A program made the translations under genes and the position numbers. Positions 46,505 through 57,400 of a DNA stretch of 63,684 nt are shown piece after piece; the first letter of the stretch is position 1, and every line of letters starts with the position of its first letter. The notes beneath the pieces are model-generated. The model made no database searches. It was given only the letters and a program-made list of their open reading frames with translations, and was not told the origin of the DNA. This DNA is from a virus (taxonomy: Duplodnaviria > Caudoviricetes), in the IMG/VR virus record IMGVR_UViG_3300038315_001014, positions 1 to 63,684 of that record. One strand, written 5' to 3'.

Positions 46505-46569
46505 GCGCCCAACGGAGGGAGTTAGGGATTTCAAACCCAAAACTGAGGGTTCAATTCCCTCCGCAACCA
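46501..46569 (+). tRNA. Atypical tRNA-like element, possible TCA anticodon
   Basis: GGTTGCG/CGCAACC acceptor and GAGGG-TTCAATT-CCCTC T arm; weak D and anticodon arms around TTTCAAA. Confidence 0.5.
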
Positions 46570-46581
46570 CAGGAGAACGAA

Positions 46582-46971
46582 ATGGCAAAAATTCAAGTAG
46601 ACGTACTAACTGAAATCTTCATAAAGATCAGAGACAAACGTGCTGAAGTAAAAGCTGCACATAAAAAAATAGAGGAAGAACTCGAATCCCAAATGGATAC
46701 AATTAAGCAAGCTCTTTTGAAACACTGCAAAGATGAAAAAGTAGAGAGCGTGCGTACTACCGCAGGACTATTCTACAGAACATTAAAAACCCGTTACTGG
46801 GCAAGTGATTGGGCATCTATGTATAAGTTCATTGCCAAGCATGAAGTCCCCGAATTCTTTGAAAAACGACTCAACCAATCTGTAGTAAAGACTTTTGTAG
46901 AAGAGAACCCCAACGTTGTACCTGACGGACTTAACGTTGATTCAGAGTACATACTTACTGTAAAGAAATAG
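46582..46971 (+). CDS. Conserved replication-module protein (coiled coil; Gam/gp157-like)
   Basis: SVRTTAG, DW..MY.FI, FEKRL and VPDGLN. Confidence 0.6.
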   Translation: MAKIQVDVLTEIFIKIRDKRAEVKAAHKKIEEELESQMDTIKQALLKHCKDEKVESVRTTAGLFYRTLKTRYWASDWASMYKFIAKHEVPEFFEKRLNQSVVKTFVEENPNVVPDGLNVDSEYILTVKK

Positions 46972-46979
46972 GAGTCAAT

Positions 46980-47231
46980 ATGACTGAGTCATTTGTACCA
47001 ATTGACGTAGTTGCAGAACACTTTACTGTATCTGCCTCAACTATACGTTCCTGGGTTAGATCAGGACGTATACCAAAAAGTGCTTACATTAAAGTAGGGA
47101 ACACCTATAGGTTTTCGCTTAGCGCAGTTGTTGAAGAACTATTGCAAAAAGAAAGAGAACCTGAAGTACCTGATGATTCACTTGAAGATATAGCGAGTGA
47201 ATTCGAACTTAATACAGACGATGATATGTAG
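46980..47231 (+). CDS. MerR/excisionase-type HTH protein
   Basis: VAEHFTVSASTIRSWVRSGRIP..YIKVG..YRF. Confidence 0.8.
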   Translation: MTESFVPIDVVAEHFTVSASTIRSWVRSGRIPKSAYIKVGNTYRFSLSAVVEELLQKEREPEVPDDSLEDIASEFELNTDDDM

Positions 47232-47240
47232 GAGCAATAC

Positions 47241-48245
47241 ATGACTGAGAATAAAGAAGTTGGGTTATTTGCAGGAACTACCATAGTACAGAATCCCAAG
47301 TTAAAGGAAAAACTACGTGAGATTAACGAAAATCTCATGAGCGGTGGCATAGCAATGCCAAGGATAAGTTTGCGCGGGGGTAAATTCCGTCAAATGATAG
47401 CCGGGGAGCAGCAAGGAGTTACTAACAACAATGAAATGAACGTTATCATTGTTAGGGCTGCTAAAGTGTCCCGAACGTATTACAAAGGTGTCTATGATCC
47501 AGATAAAGCAGTCCCCCCTACATGCTGGTCAAGTGATGCACAACAGCCAGCAGCGGATGTATCCGCAGAAAACAAACAAGCTGATCGCTGTATGGATTGC
47601 TCTATGAACGTAAAAGGATCTGGGCAAAACAATACAAAAGCTTGCCGATACAACCAACGCTTAGCTATCGTACCAGAAGATAATATGGAGCGGGTATACC
47701 AACTTCAATTACCAGCTACGAGTATTTTTGGTGATGTCGTAGCTAACAAAATGCCTATGCAATCCTACGCTAAGTTCCTTGAAGCCCACGACAAAACTCC
47801 TATCATCGCAATTGTCACCCAAATGTATTTTGACGACGATGCTGATGTGCCTAAGCTGTTTTTCACTCCGGTGCGCCCCCTAAATGAAGGAGAACTGGAG
47901 AAAGCAATCGAATTGAGCGAATCCCCTGAAGCAGAGAGGGCTGTTAGCATAACAGTGTCCCAAGCTGATGGTGTTATGCAACCAGAAGAGGAGCCGAAAG
48001 ATGATGGGGATGATACTAATAACGACAGTAACGTCGATAATTCTAATACTAGTGGGAGTAAGCCTGATACTGAAGGAGCAAGTGGAGATACTGCAGACGC
48101 TGTCGCGGCAAATAGCGGTGATGGCACCGACCCAGACGAACCACCGGAACCTGTAGTAATGAAGAGCAGCAAGAAAACTGCTGATGAGCCTGAAGGTGAC
48201 GTTGATGAAGATCTTGTTGAATTAATAGACAAGTGGACTGATTAA
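47241..48245 (+). CDS. Probable ssDNA-binding / recombination protein
   Basis: RISLRGGKF, RTYY.G.Y, PTCWS, C.DC.MN.KGSG..KAC and a long acidic tail. Confidence 0.6.
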   Translation: MTENKEVGLFAGTTIVQNPKLKEKLREINENLMSGGIAMPRISLRGGKFRQMIAGEQQGVTNNNEMNVIIVRAAKVSRTYYKGVYDPDKAVPPTCWSSDAQQPAADVSAENKQADRCMDCSMNVKGSGQNNTKACRYNQRLAIVPEDNMERVYQLQLPATSIFGDVVANKMPMQSYAKFLEAHDKTPIIAIVTQMYFDDDADVPKLFFTPVRPLNEGELEKAIELSESPEAERAVSITVSQADGVMQPEEEPKDDGDDTNNDSNVDNSNTSGSKPDTEGASGDTADAVAANSGDGTDPDEPPEPVVMKSSKKTADEPEGDVDEDLVELIDKWTD

Positions 48246-48252
48246 ACATGCC

Positions 48253-48282
48253 TACTGTGGCTAAAGAAACTTAGCCACAGTA
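48253..48282. terminator. 12-bp-stem hairpin
   Basis: TACTGTGGCTAA/TTAGCCACAGTA. Confidence 0.6.
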
Positions 48283-48301
48283 TCACTTCAGGTTGCAGTT
48301 G

Positions 48302-51127
48302 ATGGGCGCTAAAGGTTTTTTAGACGCTGCGCTTAGTGACACCGGGTATTACTGCGTTTTTGCTAATAGGAAAAAGTCTAAGCCTGTACAGAAGTTTTAC
48401 GGTTCTACAGGAGAACTACTAGACGCTGCCATTAAGCTCGACGCAGATGGGTATGATACCTACTTCGCGTTAGCCACTTTTACTGAGAATTCCTCACGTA
48501 AAACCGATAATGTGCATAAATTATGCGCTTTCTTTCTTGATTTAGACTGTGGGGAAGACAAAGAATATCCAACCCAAGCGCATGCACTAAAAGACCTACA
48601 GCGGTTCTGTGAAACCACCGCTATACCGAAACCTACTATTGTAAGCTCTGGACGTGGCATACACGTTTACTGGCCGCTAAAAACCCCCGTCACGCTCTCT
48701 GAGTGGCTCCCTGTAGCCTCTAAACTTAAACAGGTATGTTCGGATCAGAATTTACTTGCTGACCCTGTCGTTACAGCTGACGCAGCCAGAATCCTACGTA
48801 TACCCACAACCCACAACCATAAGGACTCCCCCCCAAAAGAAGTTCGTATTTATAGTGAAAAACTAACCCCTATTGAGTTTGGGGCGTTCAAAGAGAGAAT
48901 GGACGCTATCCCTGTGAAAACAGCGCCAGTTGTCCCAGTTGTCCCAGTTGTGGGCGACATATCAGGAATAAACAGCGCCCTGATGGATGCCTTAATGGGT
49001 AATCAGGAAAGCTCCTTCAAAGATATTCTCAGGAAAACTGCTAAAGGCCACGGCTGTGACCAACTTAAAATTATCACCAAAGACCAAAAAAGTATATCTG
49101 AACCCCTCTGGCGGGCAGGGCTGTCCATTGCCAAATTTTGTACAGAAAAGGAGGAGGCAGGGCATTTCATCTCAAAAGGCCATCCTGACTACACAGTAGA
49201 AGATACTATAGCAAAAATGGATGGTATCGCTGGACCTCACTTATGCTCCAGCTTCGATAGTATAAATCCCAACGTATGCCCCGACTGCCCTAATAGAGGC
49301 AAGATACGTTCCCCAATAACGCTGGGCAACTCAGTAAAAGAGGCTTCCAAAGCTGATAACATCGTGCAAGTCCCCAGTGCCTTATTCGATCCCCAAACGT
49401 ACATAATCCCTACTTACCCAAAACCATATTTCCGGGGCACCAATGGCGGGGTATACAGACGAACAAGTGTAGACGGAGAAACAGAAGATGTATTGGTCTA
49501 CCATAATGATATTTACGTAACCCAACGAATACACAACGAAGAGATTGGAGAGTGCGCAGTACTACGATTACATCTTCCAAAAGACGGCGTGCGCGACTTC
49601 ACTATCCCACTATCTGCAATCACATCCAAAGAAGAATTCAGAAAGCACATGTCCATGCAAGGCGTGGCCTTAACGAAAATGGATACCCTCATGCATTACA
49701 TAACCACATGGATAAACGAACTCCAGCATCTCTCTTCTGCTACTGCCGCCCATATGCAGTTCGGATGGGTGGGCGACGACTTCGAAGCATTCATACTAGG
49801 TAAAATGGACATTCGAAAAGATAGCGTCGAATTCAACCCACCAACCCCACCCACTGCAGGACTTATGTATGCTTTTGAACCCAAAGGAACCTTAGAAGGG
49901 TGGAAAGAAGCAATGGAGTTCTACAACAGACCAGGCTTTGAGCTACATCAACTTGTAGTAGGTTCAGGATTTGGTGCCCCGTTAATGGAGTTCCTACCAA
50001 TCAGTGGAGCAATGATGCACCTACATAGCGATACTGGGTTTGGTAAAACCACTGCTTTATACGCAGGGATGAGTATATGGGGCTACCCAAAAGAGCTAGT
50101 ATTATTAGAAGACGACACAACAAACGTAAAGATGCATAGAGGTGAGGTATACCACAGCCTACCGCTATACATAGATGAAGTAACTAATGAAAGCGGTAAA
50201 GTGTTAAGCGGGCTTGCCTATCAAACAGTAGGAGGCATGCAACGGGGGCGCATGAAAGCTTCTGTTAATGAAGAACGTAAACGGGGTAGACCGTGGAAGC
50301 TACTTTCTGTTACTACAGGGAACACAAGTTTTATTGACCGTGTCGCTATGTATAAAAGCACTCCTAAAGCAGAAGCACAACGAGTCTTAGAACATAGAGT
50401 AAAAGAAGTAGTCTTCGACACAAAGGAAGAGACTGATAACTTTGCTGAAATCATTATGAAAAACTACGGACATGCAGGGAAAATCTATGTCCAGTACATT
50501 ATGAATCACGTTTCTGAAGTCAGGCAATTGCTTAAAGGCGTACAGAAACGTATAGATACACTTGCAAGACTCAAAGCAAAAAATAGATTTTGGTCTGCAT
50601 TTATGACAACTACGATAACTGGGTTGATAATTGCTAAACGGCTTGGACTTATCAATTACGATACGCAGAAACTATTCCAGTTTGCGCTCGATATGTTAAG
50701 TACCTCAAAACAGTCAATCCAATCGTTAGACTCCTCTATAGAAACTCACCTAAATGACTACATAAGCAAAAATTACAGCAATATACTGTCAATAAAAAGC
50801 ACTGATGATGGACGCACAAACCCAGTAATTCCCGAAGCCACTCCAAGAGGAGAGTTAGTAGCGCGTTACGAAACAGACGTAAAGAAGTTATTTCTCTTAC
50901 CAAAACCACTAAAGACATGGTGCCTTAATCAGCAATTAGACTACAGCAATATAATCAACCAGCTCAAAACAACTCTGGGGGGCAAAGCGGTAAAAATTCG
51001 ACTCGGTAAAGGGACAAACATGAAGCTCCCTCCAACGAATGTATGGGTGATCAACTTCAACGTGCCCATATTAGCTGAGGAACCACCCCCAGATGCGCCG
51101 TCTGAAGAAACCGCCGCTAACGTATGA
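48302..51127 (+). CDS. Primase-helicase (AEP/RepB-like primase, PriCT-like region, DUF927 P-loop domain)
   Basis: FLDLD, SSGRGIHVYW, ARILRIP, C...CPDC, TGFGKTT and YIDE. Confidence 0.85.
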   Translation: MGAKGFLDAALSDTGYYCVFANRKKSKPVQKFYGSTGELLDAAIKLDADGYDTYFALATFTENSSRKTDNVHKLCAFFLDLDCGEDKEYPTQAHALKDLQRFCETTAIPKPTIVSSGRGIHVYWPLKTPVTLSEWLPVASKLKQVCSDQNLLADPVVTADAARILRIPTTHNHKDSPPKEVRIYSEKLTPIEFGAFKERMDAIPVKTAPVVPVVPVVGDISGINSALMDALMGNQESSFKDILRKTAKGHGCDQLKIITKDQKSISEPLWRAGLSIAKFCTEKEEAGHFISKGHPDYTVEDTIAKMDGIAGPHLCSSFDSINPNVCPDCPNRGKIRSPITLGNSVKEASKADNIVQVPSALFDPQTYIIPTYPKPYFRGTNGGVYRRTSVDGETEDVLVYHNDIYVTQRIHNEEIGECAVLRLHLPKDGVRDFTIPLSAITSKEEFRKHMSMQGVALTKMDTLMHYITTWINELQHLSSATAAHMQFGWVGDDFEAFILGKMDIRKDSVEFNPPTPPTAGLMYAFEPKGTLEGWKEAMEFYNRPGFELHQLVVGSGFGAPLMEFLPISGAMMHLHSDTGFGKTTALYAGMSIWGYPKELVLLEDDTTNVKMHRGEVYHSLPLYIDEVTNESGKVLSGLAYQTVGGMQRGRMKASVNEERKRGRPWKLLSVTTGNTSFIDRVAMYKSTPKAEAQRVLEHRVKEVVFDTKEETDNFAEIIMKNYGHAGKIYVQYIMNHVSEVRQLLKGVQKRIDTLARLKAKNRFWSAFMTTTITGLIIAKRLGLINYDTQKLFQFALDMLSTSKQSIQSLDSSIETHLNDYISKNYSNILSIKSTDDGRTNPVIPEATPRGELVARYETDVKKLFLLPKPLKTWCLNQQLDYSNIINQLKTTLGGKAVKIRLGKGTNMKLPPTNVWVINFNVPILAEEPPPDAPSEETAANV

Positions 51128-51329
51128 GAAGCTAAATATTGATGGGGTTGAGATGCTTGTCAATATTGGCAAAATGAAAGTAAATCATTCAGTATTCATC
51201 CCCTGCATACGTACCAAAAGCGCTGTTTTTAAGCTACATAGTATGGCTAAAAAATGGGGTAGGACTGTGAAATGTTTACCTGTCGTTGAGGATGGAATAC
51301 AAGGAGTACGTATGTGGCGAATTTTGTGA
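51093..51329 (+). CDS. Small conserved protein after the primase
   Basis: SVFIPC and GVRMWRI. Confidence 0.6.
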   Translation: MRRLKKPPLTYEKLNIDGVEMLVNIGKMKVNHSVFIPCIRTKSAVFKLHSMAKKWGRTVKCLPVVEDGIQGVRMWRIL

Positions 51330-51367
51330 TACTATATGTAGTGAACGTCTTTGGTACGTTCTCCTGT

Positions 51368-51401
51368 GAACCCTGGTTAGTCGCCTGATTAGCCGGGGTT
51401 C
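51368..51401. terminator. Hairpin between the convergent early and late arms
   Basis: GAACCCTGGTTAGTC/GATTAGCCGGGGTTC stem. Confidence 0.7.
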
Positions 51402-54400
51402 TTAGTCATCAAAAGCCCCCCACGTAGCATCAGCTTGTTCACTAGCATATCTCATCAATGGACTAAACTGCACTCCCCCTTCCATCTGAGAAGATGTTTT
51501 GTGGTGTCGCTTCATTGATCTGATAATTGTTGATAGCGGGATAAGCTCCCCCCCTATTCTAGACAGATGCCTTTCATTGAATTCTACTATCTCATCAAGT
51601 ATTTCCTGAAATTCAGCGTAGTCCATAAACCGATAGGCTACGTACAGGCGTTTTGTTAGCCTCTCACGCATAGTGGATATTGCGGTGCTGACCTTTTTCT
51701 TAGAGCGGTTCTTTTCTTGCTGGAACGTATACTGCGCCGGGGAGAAGCCCATCCCTTGCCAGAACATATCATTCGCATCTAGCCCATCTACAATAATGTC
51801 ACCTCTACGAGTGAGCGGAGCACCATCATGTATGTACCGAAAAGCTTTCATTACATTACGTAATGCTGTTGGGGCCATAGTTTCTAGGGCACGTTCAACT
51901 TCACGTGGGGTATTTGCTTCTAACAAGTCCTCACGCCCGCGATTGATCTCTGATACTACACTACCAAAAGGACCAGTAGCATACCGTGCTAACTGGTCCC
52001 CAAGGGTTAGATTTTCTGTAAAAGGATTTGTTCTATATAGCAGCCCCGACAAACCTACACGCTGTGCTACGTCTGCACCTGACCCGTAATTTATCACACC
52101 TTTATACAGGGGTTCCCCCATATGCAAACGTACTATGGTTTCGAAATCTTCCTCATCATCTTCAAGGAACATAAGATTAGCTAGCGCAGATACAATAGCG
52201 AAAAACGGAAGGCCCTGGACACCAGATAAAATTAACGTAGATCCCAAAACCCCTAAAAATTGCTTAGTAGCTTCGTGTCGGTTTTTTTCTCCAGCTATCT
52301 GTTGTTTAATTGCTGTCTTAGCTGTTCTAAGTAGGTAATGGTACATAGTAGCGCCAAAAGGTTTATACATAAGCGCAACTCTCAACGCTCCTTTACGTGC
52401 CGCACTTGCTACCAAATTACGATTAGTCCCGCCGTTATACTCCTCTGTTTTCTGTAGTGCCTCTAATGCAATCTCTTCATACTCTGCTTTTGTAAGTTCT
52501 TTCTTGGTTACGTACTCTACTCCGTTACGAACTTCTTTTACTGTTCTTCTCTTATCTATCTCTAGCATATAAGCAGACATCATGGTTATTTGGCGAGTGT
52601 ACTTTTCGAAATGATGGAACATAAACGCAGACCACTTACTAATTTTACTTGACCATCCCTCTCGCTTACCTGCCTCGCCCAAATCCATTGATTCAAAAGC
52701 TGCAGACTGTCCTAGCATCGCACGTTTAGCTGCAGCGTCTATCAAGATGAGTAACTTATATTCTGTCAAAATTTCAGTAGTAGTCTCCCCTAACTCTCTA
52801 AGTTCTTTCTCCCCAATAAGCGTACTCTTTGTAAAAACTTCTTCACGTAGCTCCTGCTCTCCCTTTTTGTTTACTACTACGTAATTCCCTATGTTTAGCG
52901 CTGCTTTAGAAAATACTGTGCTCTCATCACCGTAATCAGCCGCCAGTTTTATCTCTGTTCCCCACCCGCTATTGGCAAACACCTTGTTCGCTTTGTGTAT
53001 CATCTTAATAGCTTCTACATGTCCATACCTAGCAGCAAGGGCAGGATACACAATAAGCGCTAGCTGAGTCAGATTAACCATTGCTGAGGATGGGTTGAAT
53101 CCAATCGTCCATAAAAAAGCTATTCTAGTAGCTATTGTAGCCAACTGATCTTTCGGCGGTGATGCAGCAAAGTGGGCCTCACTTATCATCTGCTCAATTA
53201 ATTCTACGTTTTTGGTGTCGTTCTTTTCTAGCGCCTCTTTTAACTCCCCTTTTTTAACATCCGCTACCTTGTACAATTCCTCTGCATACTTAAGCTGCTC
53301 TACCTGAAAACGCATAGAATGAGCACGCTCCTCAAACACCTCAAATAGGTTCTCTTCAAATCCAAGAATATTCTTCCGCTTTTGTAGCCCCTTAACAAAG
53401 GAAGCTTCTGGTAAAAGATCAATGAATATCTCCATGATATCTGCTTTTACCATAGCCCTTGCAGTTTTAGCAGTTTTATCCTTCTCTGGATCAACATCAG
53501 GCGCGGCGTTATTCATTCTTGTAAATATCTGGTTAATGAAAGAGGCAGTGGGCGCGTCTCTGTACACCACAGACTTATTAACAATAGACCTATGCACTGC
53601 GCCTAAAAGATCTAACGCCTCATCTCTAGTAGTCGCTTTGTTTCCTTTATCTTCAAGTTTGCGGGTTATCTCAATCGCTGAGTACTTTTCCCTAAGCTCA
53701 GGACGTATAACATTCTGTATGAACGTCTCTCTAGCCTCTGGAGACTGGAGATGCTCTACTGCAAGTTCCCCGTTGAAATCAAAAGTAACTCTGTAATCTC
53801 CCTTCCTTGCAAGCGGTAAGTATCCGTCTATCTTATTCTTGAACAACATGCTCATCACTCTGTTCTTTACTTCTTTTGCCCCCTCTACATCGTCCCCCAT
53901 TACAAAATCTATCCGCTTGAAAACTACGTTCTTCATATCGTCGTATATGATTTCATATGCATCAATAATATGTTTCAGTGTCTTCTTTGCGCCGGGACCA
54001 GCTTTTGCCAACTCCTTCGTTAGTTCCCCATGTATTTTTAGTTTGGCCCCTTCATAAGCTGAAGCAGGTTTTGTTACGTCCACTTCGGCTAAAGTACCTT
54101 TGTTACCAACTTCAATTAACGTTTCTATTTGTGCTGCACTACGCTTTCTTAGCCACTCATTATTTTTTACTATCGACCCCGATACGCTATCATGCCCACT
54201 CCTTATCGCTGCGTTCATAAAGTGAATTAATTCTTCTCCCCTATTGGGATCTTTAAGCTTCGCGTCCTCTGCGAACTTAGCATCATTACGTACCCCTGCA
54301 GTAGCAAAGAAGCCTTTTTTAGCTAGCGTACTCAATTTTCTAAATGTCGTAGCCAGTCTTATTTTTTCCGTAAGTAGCCGCCCGCCTTTATCAAGTGCCT

Positions 54401-57400
54401 TAGTAAACCTTTTCCGTCCTTCGTAGTACGCATCGTATAACTCTACTGTAGTTGCAGCTGCATACAATTGTCCTGCGTCACGATACTGCGGTGCAGGGGA
54501 AAGCATAGCGTTAGTGAGGTCGTCCACTCTATCCAACACAGTGGGCTTTGTCTTAGGGGGCCTACCTACCAATCTACGCATACCGTTCATAACAATACGA
54601 GAAAACCATTCCAGCGCATTACGTACCGGACCTTTGGATAACGTTATAGATGCCAGTGCTTGTCTAAACTCTATGTTACTAGATGCTTCAGTCACAAACT
54701 CATGTACTGATTGCGACCCGTAATACGTCCCTAAATTATCCTTAACAGCTTCATACAAGGCAGTGAGCTGCTTAGCCTCCCTCGACTCCCCAGTAGCTAA
54801 ATCATGAGAAGTGAACGCATGCATCGTTTCGTGCATTAACACATGCGTATTAACCCCAAACTCAGCGTCAAGCTGTATCGTGTTCGTCTTAGGATCAAAT
54901 AGTCCAGCTACGTGCTCACCCCTCTCGTTAATAAGCTTATCCACCACCTCCAATTTTGTGTCAGTAAGTGTAGCAGCGAGCTTTTTAGCAAGAGTTCTTA
55001 GCCGCCCACTCATACTTGTATGGGCAATATTTGTTAGTGCACTTCCTAGATCCCCATTATGTACATACTGAGTAGTCAGGGGATGCAACGGATGATCAAG
55101 GGCAGAAACTTCACTCAATGTTAAGTTAAGTTGAACGTTATCCGAAATATCCTCAACTGTAGTCTCACCTATCCCTAACTCACTCTGAACATCCTGAACT
55201 GTAGTCTCCTTTATCCCCACTTCAACCTTATCACCAACGAAGATCTTCTCAAGCTCAGCTTCTTGCTCTTCTGCAGGCGCAGCTTCTTCCTGTGCCCCTC
55301 TCTTAGCGCGTACATCTGCTTTCTTTAGCTGCTTCTTCGCTAGTGCTGTACCCTTAGTTTCTGCTTTGGCTTTCTTCGCTTCAGCTTTGGCTTTCTTCGC
55401 CTCGGCTTTTGCTTCAGCCTCAGCTTTGGCTTCAGCCGTAGCTGCCCTCCTAGCTTTCGCTCTGGCTTTAGTTTCTGCTTTCTGCCTACTTAGAGCACCT
55501 CCTTCAATTGTACCAACAGTACTCTTCGCAAGTTCTATTTTTGTCTTCAATATTATTCGCGCCTCGGCAGATAAATTTTCTTTTATCCATTTTCTAGCTT
55601 GCTTAAGTTGTTCCTGTTTAAGCCCTTTATAAAAAGCTTGAACCTCAGCAGGATTCCCCTGGTTAAGTTCGTTTGCAACTTTAAATATAGAGTGGTAGCC
55701 TAGCAAAGATATATTATCTATCAGCCGAGGGAGCTTGCTAAATACTACCTGTGCACTTGAAGCATTTGTAGAAGTTTCCGATCTGTATCCTTTCTTAGTT
55801 TTGTTAGTAAGTAATGTTTTTTCTTTAGTGTTTAACAAAGCAAGTATTTTTACTTTATCACCTAAAGGCAAATCAATCTTCTTATTCTCTACCGCAAACA
55901 CCAACCCTTTAGTCTTTCGTAGCATGTCCATAATTTTTTTAGCTACGCCGCCAGCATGTTTTGTACCCCACATTGCTTGTATAAACGCATCTATTTCCGC
56001 ATGAGAAATGCGTCTGTCTTTAGCTTCTGCTCTCGCATTTACTTCCCTTACAAGCGCATCCAGTGCAGTATCCCCAGTAACTCCCTCAACTGCGGAAACT
56101 AACTCATTGTTCTTAAGCGCTGCAAATTTCTTCCTTGCTGCTTCTTGCTCCGCAGTCGTAGCTACTTGCTCAGGTGCAACAGTCGTAGCAGTCCTACTAC
56201 GCTCAGCTTCTTGTGCTCTATTCGCTGCGCGTACTCCAGCCCTACGTGCCTTCTCCTTCACTGCTTCTGCAAGAAACTTCTTTACATTCTCACGGTACTT
56301 TTTCTGCTTAGTCCTACTATAGTTAACATGCTCATCAAAATTTGCAGGCGTAACTCCCCACTCTGCTAAATCGTATGCATATTCTTGCGCACCCTTCATA
56401 CCTGGTGCTCTCAATAACGCAGTCTGTACTTCTCCTGCTACTACAGACGTAACTTTTGGTTTAGGCTTTACTTCTACTTTTGGTTTTATTCCTCGATCTA
56501 TAACTTCAACGCCCCCTCCATCTACTAGCGCTCTTACCTGCTCAATAGTACCATCCATCCCAGTGAGCCACTCTAAGACACGGGGGAAATTTTCTTTTGG
56601 TGTAGCGTTAATCTTCTCAGCGAGTTCCTTTTTTAGCTCGTTCGCTTTTGTTAATGCCCCTACCCTTGTTCTGGATTCAATTTTATTTTGTAGCGAAGTG
56701 TAGTCTGATCTAGTTTCAGATACTTCTACTTTACGTTTAGCAGCTTTCGCATGCTCTATACTTGCTCTAAGTTGGCCCAGCGTTTTTTGCAGTACTACGC
56801 TATTACTGCCTTCTGTGGGGTAAGCTCTAACTTTACTACTACCAACACTAACTAAGTTATACAATTTTTCTGATAAATCCTCTCTAAACTTTTGCCCTCT
56901 ACTAATATGTGTGTCCAAATAGTTCATTAAGTCTTCTGCAGGTATCGCTGCTTCTGCACGGTCTAATTCTGCCAACAGTCCATTTTGATTTTCATAATGG
57001 AACTGAGCTTTGTGTGACATTTTTGTTAGCTTTTTATCGCTAGTCGCCGTATATGAATCCAATTCAGGATCTTTTTTCTTCCTTACAGCTCCTCCCACTG
57101 CTGGCGCTTCAACAACCTCAATACCGCTTAAGATCTCTGCAATGTTGGCACCTTCACCTACAAGTTCGCCATCAGCGTCATGTCCTTCAACTGCTTCTCC
57201 ATCTGTTATTCTGTAATTTACTCCTTTGAACTCAATCTCCCCCTCAGCTTCTAGGTCACTTTGGGCTTCTTCAATTTCGTCCAACGTAGGAGCTGCTATC
57301 TCTTGCTTTCCTGTAAGTATCTTTTCGTCAGCTATAAACGCATCTGAAACTTCGGGTGGGGTTTTTTGCGCCTCTTTTTTACTGAAGTCAAGTTCCAGTT

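Noticed and set aside
46501-46569. Genome-wide TGA recoding
   Set aside because: Long genes are intact under the standard code and several end in TGA with ATGA overlaps.
32083-47231. Integration module inferred from AlpA/excisionase-like genes and tRNAs
   Set aside because: No tyrosine or serine recombinase motif was recognised in any ORF.
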